Shown here piece after piece: positions 37,038 to 49,370 of a DNA stretch of 64,000 bases. Under the pieces are notes generated by a model. The model saw only the letters and a program-made list of their open reading frames with translations. It did not search any database and had not been told where the DNA came from. Positions within the stretch are counted from its first letter, which is position 1. Each line of letters opens with the position of its first letter. The DNA is from Octopus bimaculoides (Eukaryota), in NCBI RefSeq assembly GCF_001194135.2, contig NC_068981.1, positions 151,577,011 through 151,641,010 on the forward strand, in the 5' to 3' direction. Made by a program: the position numbers and the translations under genes.

Positions 37038-37933
37038 TTGTTTTGGTTATTGATTTTAATACATTGGTATTAGTTATTTCCTTATATTTGATTATAAAAT
37101 CAAAATAACACTTTGACTTCCTTCAGCTTTATTTTATTCAAATCATCACCTGACGCTCACAATAAAAGTTAGCTTTAATAGCATTCAAAGAAATTTACGT
37201 AATTAAACCCAACTATTGGATTAATTGCATTTTCGTTAAGTCAAGGAATATTATGAGGTTATCTTAACTGAGGTAATATAAAGGATATAAAGTTACAATG
37301 TTCGATAAAAATGCCATTTTGATATTCACTTTTCATTATACAGATTATTAACATAATGATCTATCTCTTTTACCATCTTAAAACACACTCTCAATCAATT
37401 TACATGCGTGTGTGTGTACGCGCGCGCGTGTTTGTGTAAATAAAGTGGATTTCAGATAACTGAAAGGACTTAATGGAAACGTATTCATTGAATTTTAATT
37501 CAAGTCTTAACCTGTGAAATAATAACTCAATAGTTAATCTATCATTCATTTCAAATGTATGTATTTATATATGCATGTACACACACATGCACAAACATAC
37601 ACCACACACATATATATATGCATGTATACATATATATATATGTGTATATATATATATATATATNNNNNNNNNNNNNNNNNNNNNNNNNNNNNNNNNNNNN
37701 NNNNNNNNNNNNNNNNNNNNNNNNNNNNNNNNNNNNNNNNNNNNNNNNNNNNNNNNNNNNNNNNNNNNNNNNNNNNNNNNNNNNNNNNNNNNNNNNNNNN
37801 NNNNNNNNNNNNNNNNNNNNNNNNNNNNNNNNNNNNNNNNNNNNNNNNNNNNNNNNNNNNNNNNNNNNNNNNNNNNNNNNNNNNNNNNNNNNNNNNNNNN
37901 NNNNNNNNNNNNNNNNNNATATATATATATATA

Positions 37934-38046
37934 AAACAAATTAAAAACAGTGGCTTATTAGCAATTAGAAAGGCAAAATTAATAGAGGCCACTTTTGCCT
38001 TTAGGTTCTAATTGCTAATAAGCCACCCTTTTTAATTAGTTGTTTA
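37934..38046. repeat. Fold-back hairpin (~45-nt arms)
   Basis: gtggcttattagcaattagaa-aggcaaaa pairs with ttttgcct(ttagg)ttctaattgctaataagccac. Confidence 0.9.
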
Positions 38047-38937
38047 CACTTACACCGTTTACAAAATCAGCATATGATTTAAACGGTTTTTCTGATATGA
38101 CTGGCAGGAGAAGTTGAGTTTAACCCTAGGCGTTAAGAGTCGCTGATGAGAATTAAGGTGTCAACACCAAGATTCGAGATCGAAATACGGTTTCATATGC
38201 TAGGGACTTCCATTTGTCAATCATGAAATTATAATGTATTGTGGCTTTAGAGTTAGTTTAACTCTTAGTTTAGCATGATCGGTGCTGACCAGCACCCACC
38301 GTCACATTTTCTGTGTGAGTGTGCACGCGCATGAGTGTGCACGCGCGTGAGTGTGTGTGCGCGTGTGTTCGCGTATTCTTGTAGATAGATAGATAGATAG
38401 ATAGATGGATAGATAGATGGATAGATAGATGCAGAGAGAAAGAGAGGGATTGGGGGTTGCTTTACACGTGTGTGTATGTGTGTGTTTATATAATGAACAA
38501 TGTAATTTGGTCCATACAGAGATGAGAAAACGTGCGACGGATGTGTAAAACAGCGTAAATTTAATTCGAAGCTGCAATCTCAGTTTTCCCTCTCGGTGGA
38601 TCAGGAAAAAGTGAAATGTACTTCATAAAAAGATCTATATTTATTAATTGAATTGGCAATGTTCTTTGGGGTGTAGTGTTTGATTTGGTCCATCGTAATT
38701 ACTTTCGTATAAAGGACCGTTTCTAACCAATCACAAAATCTTACTTTTTCTTTTCCCAGTAATTTCTATGTATTTTCATACTTTTTTATCGGTAAGACGT
38801 AGAACCTCAAGCAATGCTATTGCAAACTCAGGTTTCATTAGATTATGCATGAATCTCACACTCTTTCTTTATTTCTCTCTCTCTCTCTCTCCCTCGCCCT
38901 CTATCTGTCTCTGTCTGTCTGTATATCTCTCTCTCTT

Positions 38938-39058
<121 letters not shown>

Positions 39059-39627
39059 CTATCTATCCATCNNNNNNNNNNNNNNNNNNNNNNNNNNNNN
39101 NNNNNNNNNNNNNNNNNNNNNNNNNNNNNNNNNNNNNNNNNNNNNNNNNNNNNNNNNNNNNNNNNNNNNNNNNNNNNNNNNNNNNNNNNNNNNNNNNNNN
39201 NNNNNNNNNNNNNNNNNNNNNNNNNNNNNNNNNNNNNNNNNNNNNNNNNNNNNNNNNNNNNNNNNNNNNNNNNNNNNNNNNNNNNNNNNNNNNNNNNNNN
39301 NNNNNNNNNNNNNNNNNNNNNNNNNNNNNNNNNNNNNNNNNNNNNNNNNNNNNNNNNNNNNNNNNNNNNNNNNNNNNNNNNNNNNNNNNNNNNNNNNNNN
39401 NNNNNNNNNNNNNNNNNNNNNNNNNNNNNNNNNNNNNNNNNNNNNNNNNNNNNNNNNNNNNNNNNNNNNNNNNNNNNNNNNNNNNNNNNNNNNNNNNNNN
39501 NNNNNNNNNNNNNNNNNNNNNNNNNNNNNNNNNNNNNNNNNNNNNNNNNNNNNNNNNNNNNNNNNNNNNNNNNNNNNNNNNNNNNNNNNNNNNNNNNNNN
39601 NNNNNNNNNNNNNNNNNNNNNNNNNNN

Positions 39628-39675
<48 letters not shown>

Positions 39676-39689
39676 TTCAGTTGTGCATT

Positions 39690-40370
39690 TAATATTAAGA
39701 ATAAGTTACTTAGCACTCCTAAGCCACGGATAGAGGCAGGTTGTTCATGCAGGATTAGAAATGAATGCCCAGTGGCGGCCGATGTAACACCGACGCTACA
39801 GTGCACTAAGCAAAGGCAGCCTCAAACGGAAGCAGTACAAATATCAATAACATCAATGCCAACACAGGGAAATTTATGTCGGATCTTGTGAATCTAGATT
39901 TAAAATTCGCCTGAACAACCACAGATCATCATTCAAGGCCTCCGGAAAGACGCAACACAACAACACTTGCAGCATATGTGTGGCGCCTAAAGGACGATCA
40001 TACGCTCTTTAACATCAGATGGAAATTACTGGAAACTTGTGGACCCTATCGTAATGGAACAAGACTGTGTAAATTATGTTTGGCAGAAAGATTTATAATT
40101 ATCATGAACTCACATGAGCCAGGAGACTACTTTACCTCCAGAACTGAAACCGTGGGGAGTTGTCCACATTTTCGGAAATTTTTACTTCAGAAATGGAAAA
40201 CCTAGCTACTAAGCGGCCATATTCTTAAAGAGGATTATTTCTTGAACTATCACCGGCGTTCTTGTGTTTTAAAACAAACATTCTTTGCAGAGAACGGTTA
40301 CTGTTTAGAGAAACTGAAGAGATGTCTTGTTCATGCTAAATATGAAACCAATGGCTTTTTTCTTAACTTA
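39690..40370 (+). mobile_element. Second Penelope-like element 3' fragment (GIY-YIG endonuclease of a different clade) with a decayed hammerhead
   Basis: CSCRIRNECP..EIYVGSCE..FKIRLNNHRSSF..WRLKD..IRWKLLE..CKLCLAERFII..SCPHFRKFLL; CTGAAGA..GAAAC motif at 40314-40348. Confidence 0.8.
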
Positions 40371-40489
40371 CGTTACATATACACAAATAAATAACTGCTC
40401 TATATTTTGTAGGGTATGCTCTTCGCTTGATTTATGATATTGTAACGAAGATATATAGATTCGCTGTGAACAGGAATTAATCTTCTCTC

Positions 40490-40985
40490 TTCGCTCCTTT
40501 GCTCCCCTCTTCATCTAATTCCCCTCCTCTCTCCTCTCACTCTCTCACACCTACTTCCTCTCTTCACTACCAACCACCTCTTCTCTCCTCTCTTGCTCTG
40601 ACACCTACTTCCTCTCTTCACTCCTACCCACCTTCTCCCTTCCACCCTCTCCCTTCATCGTCACCCCCTCCATCGTTACCCCAGCCCTACACATCCCAAC
40701 CCCAACACCCCTATACATCCCACCCACACATTCCACTCCCACATACACCCCACCTTCACACCCCTACCCCACTCTCACACCCCTACCCCACAACCCACAC
40801 CCTACATTTAAACCCCGCCCTTGCACCCCCACACTCGCATCCCCACACCCCAACATCCTCATACCACATCATGCTATACCGCATCACACCACCACACCAC
40901 ACACCACCACATCACAACACAACATACTACACAACACCACACCACTACACCACATTATAGCATCACACCACAAGACAACACAAAA
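40490..40985. repeat. C-rich low-complexity tract (CT-rich grading into CA-rich)
   Basis: Imperfect repeats such as acacctacttcctctcttcact and caccccac. Confidence 0.8.
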
Positions 40986-41140
40986 CACCAAATTCCGCCG
41001 AGGTCGACTTTGCCTTTCATCCTTTTGGGGTCGATAAATTAAGTACCAGTTACGCACTGGGGTCGATGTAATCGACTTAATCCCTTTGTCTGTCCTTGTT
41101 TGTCCTGTATATGTTTAGCCCCTTGTGGGAAATAAAGAAA
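40985..41140 (+). mobile_element. Family-A SINE, 5'-truncated
   Basis: aaattccgccgaggtcgactttgcctttcatccttttggggtcgataaattaagtaccagtt. Confidence 0.85.
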
Positions 41141-41149
41141 TAAAAAAAA

Positions 41150-41248
41150 ACTTCTCTCCCAGTCAATCGTTCCTGTCTTTATAAAAGGGAATAAATCGCT
41201 CCCAGTAAATTACTGTCCAATTTCACTCACCTCACATATCATCAAAAT

Positions 41249-41279
<31 letters not shown>

Positions 41280-42590
41280 TTGACATCAAGAATAACAGCC
41301 TTCCTAGAGCAAAATCATCTAAATTGCAACCAGCATAGCTTTCGTAGTGAGAGGAACTGTCTAACACAGCTCCTCCACCACTTTGATGACATCTTAAATG
41401 CAATAAGTGAGAGCTCCAACGCCAATGTCATATACCTTAATTTCACAAGGCCTTTGACATAGTCGAACGCAATATAGTGCTGGAGAAACTATTCAACGCT
41501 GGAGTCTGTGGAAAGCTACTTCAATGGATTAAGTATTTCCTAACAAACAAGACCCAGCATGTTGTGGTTGATAGGCATCCACTCTCAAGACCAGCTAGAG
41601 TCATATCAGTGGAGTCCTGCAGGGTACTGTGCTGGGTCCACTGTGCAGATTACATTGAACATAACGCCATTAAAATATTTGCAGATGACTATAGGCTTCA
41701 GAAAGACATTAAGGAAGTATATGATCGAATGATGCTTCAATCGGATTTATGCTCAGTAACCCAGTGGGCACAGAAAACAATATGCAGCTGAACGTAGAAA
41801 AATTTGAGCTCATCCACTTTGGAAAAGAAGGCACGCTCAAATACTACTGTCGGGAGACCTACTTCAACTGTCGGACAATATTAGAGACTTAGGTGTAACT
41901 GTCGACAGCAACCTTAACTGGAGTCTGCACATCAACAATAAAGTCGATGTTGCCTGCAGAATTTGCTCATGGATCCTCAGAACTTTTCAATCTAGGGATC
42001 AGGAAACCATCATCTTTCTCTTTTTCACATTCGCTAGGCTCCACCGCGAATACTGCTGCCCATTGTGGTCCCCCATCATAAAAACAAGACATAATGAGGA
42101 TAGAAGCGCCACAAAGCTCAAACATTAAAAAATAATAATAATAAATGGCATGACGGGACTTGATTATTGGGCTCAACTTAAACAGCTGAAACGCTGCCGT
42201 GAGCGATACATTATTTGCACCATGTGGAAAATATCCAAATAATATCCATGTGGAAAATATTATTATCCAAGTAATATCAGCATTATATTTAAAATTCACC
42301 CAAGACTGGGTCCCCCGTGCAATGCATTCGCTACAAAGGTCGTGATCATATCACATAAGAACATTGCGGCACAATTTCTTCACTGGAAATGGTCCTGCTA
42401 TTTTCAATGTTATCCCGAAAGAAATTAAAGAGGAAAAAGACCCCACAACTTTCAAACGGTACCAGGACAAATACCTCCAGGAAATACCGGACAAACCACC
42501 TACACTTGGATACGTCTCAGCCAACAACTCTCTGTTTGAGTGGTCCATGGTGTCCCGAAATAATTAATTAAAAGACTTTTCTACGTAGAA
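41150..42590 (+). mobile_element. CR1-like LINE, 5'-truncated ORF2 (RT to 3' end), disabled
   Basis: KGNKSLPVNYCPISLTS, FRSERNCLTQLL, IKIFADDY, EYCCPLWSP, RRERYII, RHNFFTGNGPAIFNVIP. Confidence 0.9.
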
Positions 42591-42616
42591 ACCAATCTAA
42601 GTTATTTAAGTTATAT

Positions 42617-42730
42617 ATGTTGATGGTGATGCTGGGATCTTTGGCACTATGCAGTGACGCCCCGTTCTGCTGTTTGTGTAACTTTCAATGCAAAGTTTGG
42701 TACAAGGCCCTCCAGGATTTTCCAGCATGC
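42617..42730 (-). mobile_element. Short CR1-like ORF2 C-terminal fragment
   Basis: WKILEGLVPNF..RTGRHCIVPKIP. Confidence 0.6.
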
Positions 42731-42859
42731 ATACAGGTGGTGTTCCAGCATTGCCGCTGTCAAATGATCAAATGACTGAAACAAGTAAAAGAATAAAAGA
42801 ATATTTCGTTTTTGGATTTGGTTTGCAAGATCTTTTATATGATTTCGTGTGTTGAAGCA

Positions 42860-43115
42860 TATTCTGTTGTGTCTGGGGAGAGTCAGTTTCTTATCGTGCC
42901 TTAACATTTAACACACTCACCGTTAAAATTTCCACTTATTTTTATTTTCCTAAAATTTTCGTTGCGTCTCGCAACCTTTTCAATAGTCGACTATTGAAAA
43001 GGTTGCAAGACAACGAAAATTTTAGGAAAATAAAAATAAGTGGAAATTTTAACGGTGAGTGTGTTAAATGTTAAGGCACGATAAGAAACTGACTCTCCCC
43101 AGACACAACAGAATA
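42860..43115. repeat. 256-bp near-perfect palindrome without spacer (fold-back/MITE-like)
   Basis: Centre caatagtc|gactattg at 42988/42989; arms differ only by a 2-nt indel and one substitution. Confidence 0.95.
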
Positions 43116-44191
43116 AAAGAATACATATACATATACATACATACATACATACAATACATATACATGTATACACACTCGCATATATACACTTACATTCCAA
43201 CATACAAACACGTGTGTATACTCCGCTCTCACTCACTCTCTTTGTTAAGATATCAAACACTGAATATAAATTTATTTACGTCGACATCTTACTGACCGTC
43301 AACTAATTAACATATAATCCCAACGCTTTAAACGTATTAAATTTTCTAAAGGTGATCAATGTGTCGTTGCCCGTGAGCTAGGAATACGCTTTATAACATG
43401 ACAGGTCACGTTACCTAAACAATCCATTATTGCATAGCTTCACCCCTCTAATTTGCCCATGACGTTTCTATTATTGAATTTTGACTGCATTACTTCAAGT
43501 TCATAAACCATTTATTATTGACTTAACACTTTCAACTGCCACTAACAACGAATACACTCTAGCTTCCGAAAATTTTCAAACTGCTATTGCTAATATTTTC
43601 ATGTATGTGTAAATATATAAACACAAAATTTTATTGTAAGTGAATTTCTAATTTACGATGCAAGTTTCAGGCCACGGTGAAATTAGATGATAACTGTTAC
43701 AGTTTTGGTGATATATGAGTGGATTTGATGATTGTGCTTACTTATTAGTTTGTGTTTGCATTTATTGATTGGCTGTTATTCTTCTGTCTCTTGCGTCTGT
43801 TATATATATTCTTTTTATTTCCTTACTCATCCTATTTTTTTTTTATTTTAGCTAAGACTGTTCTTTCGCCATGTTTTTTTATTTTATTATTATTTTTATT
43901 GTAATCTGCTGGCAAAGAAATTTTGCAAGTAGGTTTAACTTTGAAACTAAATAAAGGTGTTTCATGATTGATCAAATATGATGCGGCTACTTTAATTGCA
44001 GTAAGCATTTAGGATGTGTTTGCGTGTACCTGTGAACGTAAACATCTGGAATTTATGTGCTTGTTTTTCTGTTTGTGCCAAATTGATTGTCATGGCTAAA
44101 ATATTTGAAATTGTATATGTATGTATATATGTATATACAAATATATATGCGTGTGTCGGGGGGGGGGNNNNNNNNNNNNNNNNNNNNNNNN

Positions 44192-44242
<51 letters not shown>

Positions 44243-44788
44243 CGCGTATCAATTACGGTGTACTCCTCCTCTATCGAGAAAGAAAATCCCTCTGAAAATG
44301 CCTCTGAAAAACTTGAATAATTTTTTCCTATGTCTTTCCATTTCTACGCTGGAAGGGTTAAGCAAAGTGAATAGAGCGTCATCGCAGTGTAGACCTCCTA
44401 CTAATTTTGGAAATCCCTTGTTTATGCAAAATTAAATATGAATTCCCACCAGATCAGTTACCTGAACGGAGTCAGTCGATCCAAAGCTTCACTGATAATA
44501 CTGACAGGTTACAACTGCAGATGCGAGATTTGTAAAATAAGAGAAAATTTTGAGGATTAACAATTCTCTCTCCATACTATTTATAAACTATTACTAATAT
44601 ATACTCCAGACAATACAACCGTTCACTGAAACGAACACAGAATTAGCCATCGGAGGAACTCACAGAGTGACTGATAACTAATAGCACTTGCAGACGTTAA
44701 ATACTGGTCGATGTGATTAGCCGTAAACTGGAACTTAACTGTGAGCCACTAGGGTATCCGCCCGGATAATATAGCCCTATAAACTCAC

Positions 44789-44822
<34 letters not shown>

Positions 44823-45464
44823 NNNNNNNNNNNNNNNNNNNNNNNNNNNNNNNNNNNNNNNNNNNNNNNNNNNNNNNNNNNNNNNNNNNNNNNNNNNNNN
44901 NNNNNNNNNNNNNNNNNNNNNNNNNNNNNNNNNNNNNNNNNNNNNNNNNNNNNNNNNNNNNNNNNNNNNNNNNNNNNNNNNNNNNNNNNNNNNNNNNNNN
45001 NNNNNNNNNNNNNNNNNNNNNNNNNNNNNNNNNNNNNNNNNNNNNNNNNNNNNNNNNNNNNNNNNNNNNNNNNNNNNNNNNNNNNNNNNNNNNNNNNNNN
45101 NNNNNNNNNNNNNNNNNNNNNNNNNNNNNNNNNNNNNNNNNNNNNNNNNNNNNNNNNNNNNNNNNNNNNNNNNNNNNNNNNNNNNNNNNNNNNNNNNNNN
45201 NNNNNNNNNNNNNNNNNNNNNNNNNNNNNNNNNNNNNNNNNNNNNNNNNNNNNNNNNNNNNNNNNNNNNNNNNNNNNNNNNNNNNNNNNNNNNNNNNNNN
45301 NNNNNNNNNNNNNNNNNNNNNNNNNNNNNNNNNNNNNNNNNNNNNNNNNNNNNNNNNNNNNNNNNNNNNNNNNNNNNNNNNNNNNNNNNNNNNNNNNNNN
45401 NNNNNNNNNNNNNNNNNNNNNNNNNNNNNNNNNNNNNNNNNNNNNNNNNNNNNNNNNNNNTCAC

Positions 45465-45668
45465 TCTTACTTCCTGTTTCTGTTGTGCCTGTAATTCAAA
45501 GGGTCAGCCTTGTCACACTGTGTCACGCTGAATATCCTCGAGAACTACGTTAAGGGTACACGTGTCTGTGGAGTGCTCAGCCACTTGCACGTTAATTTCA
45601 GGAGCAGGCTGTTCCGTTGATCGGATCAACTGGAACCCTCGAAGTCGTAAGCGACGGAGTGCCAACAA
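45465..45668 (+). mobile_element. LINE (RTE-like) or SINE 3' terminal fragment ending in (ATT/ATC)n
   Basis: GC-richer non-coding segment ending cgacggagtgccaaca before an (att)n tail; the family assignment is from recall only. Confidence 0.45.
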
Positions 45669-45718
45669 TTATTATTATCATCATCATCATCATCATCATC
45701 ATTATTATTATTATTATT

Positions 45719-45932
45719 AAGACGGCGAGCTATCAGAATCGTTAGCACACTGGGTGAAATGCTTAGCGGTATTTCTCTCGTTGCTACGTTTTAAGTTCAA
45801 ATTCCGCCGAGGCCGACTTTGCCATTCATCCTTTCGGAGTCGATAAATTAAGTACCAGTTGAGTACTGGAATCGATATAATCGACTATCGCGCACCCCCA
45901 AATTTCCGGCCTCATGCCCTATAATAGGAAGG

Positions 45933-45976
<44 letters not shown>

Positions 45977-46133
45977 GGCGGCGAGCTTGCAGAATCGTTA
46001 GCACGCCGGGCATTTAGTACGTCTTTACGTTCTGAGTCCGAATTCTGCCGAGGTCGACTTTGGTTTCATCCTTCCGAGGTCGATAAATTAAGTATCAGTG
46101 AAATTTCAGGCCTTGTGCTTTTGGTAGAAAGGA
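45719..46133 (+). mobile_element. Two tandem family-A SINEs separated by (ATT)n
   Basis: A-box ggcagaatcgttag, B-box gttcaaattcc and Nin/Deu-like core in 45719-45933 and 45976-46133. Confidence 0.9.
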
Positions 46134-46723
46134 TTATTATTGTTGTTGTTGTTGTTCGGTTTCCTATTTTGGAATATCTGTCCATATTCGTTCATATAAT
46201 TATTTCATTTCTCTTTCTGTTAGTGTTTAATTGATATCAAAATTATTTTCCCTCGTTCCTGGTAAAATAGTTTCGAGTAAGAATAGAACTGCTTGCCTTG
46301 TTCAAAGCATCATTGTCGCCTCTCATATCAACATAATCTTCGCAATTTAATGACAAATTTATTATTTCAGGTGTTCTTTGATTTTAAATACTGATATTAC
46401 ACATACTAGCAAATCTACCTATCTATGATGGACGCATACAATGAGGGACGGAAGTCATAACAGCAGTATGTATTGAGAAATGTGTAAATGCACTTGATAG
46501 AATACTGGGTAATGTCTTAGGGACATCACATTATTGTTGGTGATGCAGCATTCTGTTACAGCTATATGACGTGCTTGTGACTAAGTGACATGTGATGACG
46601 ATTCACTCCCGAACTGAAATAGACTCCCTAGCCACTCATATACTATATAAAAAATGCGTCGGTTGTACATATAGGGTCCATGTAGCAACACTTTCTTTGG
46701 TGATGTTATTGGATTTATTTCAG

Positions 46724-46767
46724 ATTCTACGGAGAATTGTGCTTCCTTGTTGATATTATTGACTCGG
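46724..46767 (+). CDS. Candidate exon (FYGELCFLVDIIDS, phase 2-1)
   Basis: Acceptor ggatttatttcag, donor G|gtagac. A second frame is also open. Confidence 0.3.
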
Positions 46768-46799
46768 GTAGACTTTGTTGTTGTTATTCTTTTATTCAC

Positions 46800-47050
46800 T
46801 TAACTTCTGATTTATCTGTGTCACGTCTCAGCTCCATTCCGCAGCTTAGAGATACAATGTGTTTCTCATTACATGAGCTATTCTAAGTATTGCCGCCAAC
46901 TGAATATTTCCTATGAAGTTTGGTATTTGCACTTTGAGATGGTCCCGAGTACACCACACCGATCACATTAGGTACCACACTAACTTTTGAAGCTCTACAA
47001 GTTCGTTTCTCTTCCAATGCTAGGTCTTGGTGCTTCCCGAATTTTTCATT
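46800..47050 (-). mobile_element. R4/Dong-like restriction-like-endonuclease C-terminal fragment
   Basis: ENEKFGKHQDLALE..VVPNVIG..LGTISK..ILRIAHVMRNTL. Confidence 0.6.
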
Positions 47051-47574
47051 CTCTGTCTTTACAGTATTTTTATCATTATTATTAGTAGTATTTGCAATAG
47101 TTATTTTATAGGGCTGAACGATATTTTGACAGCTTGCCTGCTTTTGTCGAGTTCAGAATGAAAAGCGATACATAGATATTCCAAATTATAAAAATTTGAA
47201 TTCAAACGTTTGAACGAAGACATCGTGCGTTCCCCCTTTGACGGAATGGTATCATCAGTCTTCAATTTACAATTTTACAATTAGCAAACAGAAAAAGAAA
47301 TAAAAAAGAAAAGAGGAAAGAAGAAGGAGAATATTTAATCAATCAGTTTGTGTAAATATGATGAAAATCCCCTGTCATTTTGTTCATTCCTCGTTCAAAC
47401 TGTTGAATTTGAATTTCTATGATTTTTAATTTTTGTATCACTTTTCATTTTGAACTCGACAAAGACAAGCAAGCTGTTGAAATATTATTGTTAGTATCAT
47501 TATTATTATTATTATTATCATTATTATTATTGTTGTTGTTGTTATTGTTGTTGTTGTTGTTGTTGTTGTTATTA

Positions 47575-47654
<80 letters not shown>

Positions 47655-47655
<1 letters not shown>

Positions 47656-49370
47656 GTTTAACATTAGCTTTCTATTTGTACAAGTTGTTTTCAAGTCTCA
47701 TCCAGAGACATCAAGAGACAACAAATGGGAAGTTCATGTTTGCGTTATGCCTAGGGTGTCATATATTTGGTTTTGCACATAATATTGTTCTTCTACTGAT
47801 ATTAACCCTCTTCCGCCTTCTTTTCTTCGTAAGTATAATCTTGTTACTCCTTCCCTCAGGTGGAGTCCTCCATTCATATTGAATTCCTTCTTAGTTCTTC
47901 TGTCCAGCTTTGCTAATTCAGTTTTTGTTCAATCTACAAAAGCTGCTGAGTATCTAAGTAATGATATTGTCCAAGTATTTACAGCCTTCAGTAGATTCGG
48001 ACCATTTAGCTTTGACGTCATTAGCTTCCTCACCTTAATGATATATTCATTCTCAATTTTCGTTTTCATCCCTATCGATGGTACTCTGTCAGATTCTAAT
48101 ATTTCTAGATACTTATAACTCATTTAAAAGATTTTAATGTTTGGCCATCTGGTAACTGTATTCCTTCGCTGCTGACTACCTGTCCCCTTGTCATGACTAA
48201 TATTGCACACTTATTCAATGCCTATATCTTTGCTGAAGAGTCTTACACTCTGTATTAAGGAATCTATCTCTTTTTCATTCTTACTAAAAAGTTTCAGATC
48301 ATCCATGTAGTGCAAGTGGTTAATTTTTCCCTTGCCTTTGCCTTCCTTAATACTAAACTGAGCGGGATCAAACTTAATACAAATATTAAAGGGGACAACG
48401 AGTCCCCATGGAAAGTTCCTCTTTTGATATTAACTTTTCCTAAAAGTGTGTCACCTGAGTAGAGATCTACTTTCCATTTCTTCATGCTATTGCTAAGTAA
48501 TTCTTTTATGTTGTCTGCTATACTGAATATACTCAAACATTCACTTATCCATGGGTGTAAGATCATGTCATAGGCTTTCCAATAATATATCCACGCCATT
48601 GTTTGATTTTTCCTTCTTGCTTTTACTTCATTTACAATTGCTTTGTCTATGTATAATAGATCATGCGTTCCTCTAGCCTTCTTCCTGCAACCCTTCTGTT
48701 CTTCAGGCAGTAAATTCTGGTTGTCAAGGTACCCCCAAATGTTTTCTGAAAGCCTTCCTGTTAACGGCCTCCACACTAATGGTAAGTAAGCGGTTGGTCT
48801 CTAGTTGCTAGGTGTATTACCCTTGTTCTTATCTTTCATGATGTGTATTGCCCTCCCTCAAGTCATTCAATCTACTATTATTCCTACATTAAGGTGATCC
48901 TGAAGTTGTTCAATCAGCCTCCCATGCAAACTACTAAATCATTTAAGTCGCTGGTGCCAGTTGTCTCTTCCTTATTGGTAGCATCATTATTATTTCTTCC
49001 TTTAGATTCTTTTTTTTGGTTTGAGCTGTATCTCTTATGTTGTTGTTTGTCTTTCCTACTGCCTGGTCTTTCTTTTCCATTTCTCTTGTGATCTCTGCTA
49101 CCTCCAATTCTGTCATCCACTTTCCTCTCCTAATAGCAATAGCTTGATCAACTAATCTCTGCTCAGTCACTTTAAACATACCCTTCTCTACCCAAAATGT
49201 TAACTTCCGTTTTCTATAGTCTTGTAGGTCCACTTTCCTAACTAGCACTGCATCACTATCCTGTTTTTTCTCTCCTCCTTGCTCAATTATCTGCTGATGC
49301 TCTATTAGGATAACAGCTGTGGTCAGTCTGCATCTTTACTGAACCACTACCGAGCGAGAGTCCTTCCCTT
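47655..49370 (-). mobile_element. R4/Dong-like element, internally deleted, with N-terminus, RT and 3' UTR, ending at (TAA)n
   Basis: YRKRKLTFW..TEQRLVDQ, EEQKGCRKKARGTHDLLYID, KAYDM, RGTFHGDSLSPL, HLHYMDDLK, YKYLE..SKLNGPNLLKAVN, RLYLRRKEGGRGL. Confidence 0.9.

Noticed and set aside
44732-44790. Helitron 3' end (hairpin plus CTAGT) on the minus strand
   Set aside because: Hairpin spacing is atypical and the rest is lost in the gap.
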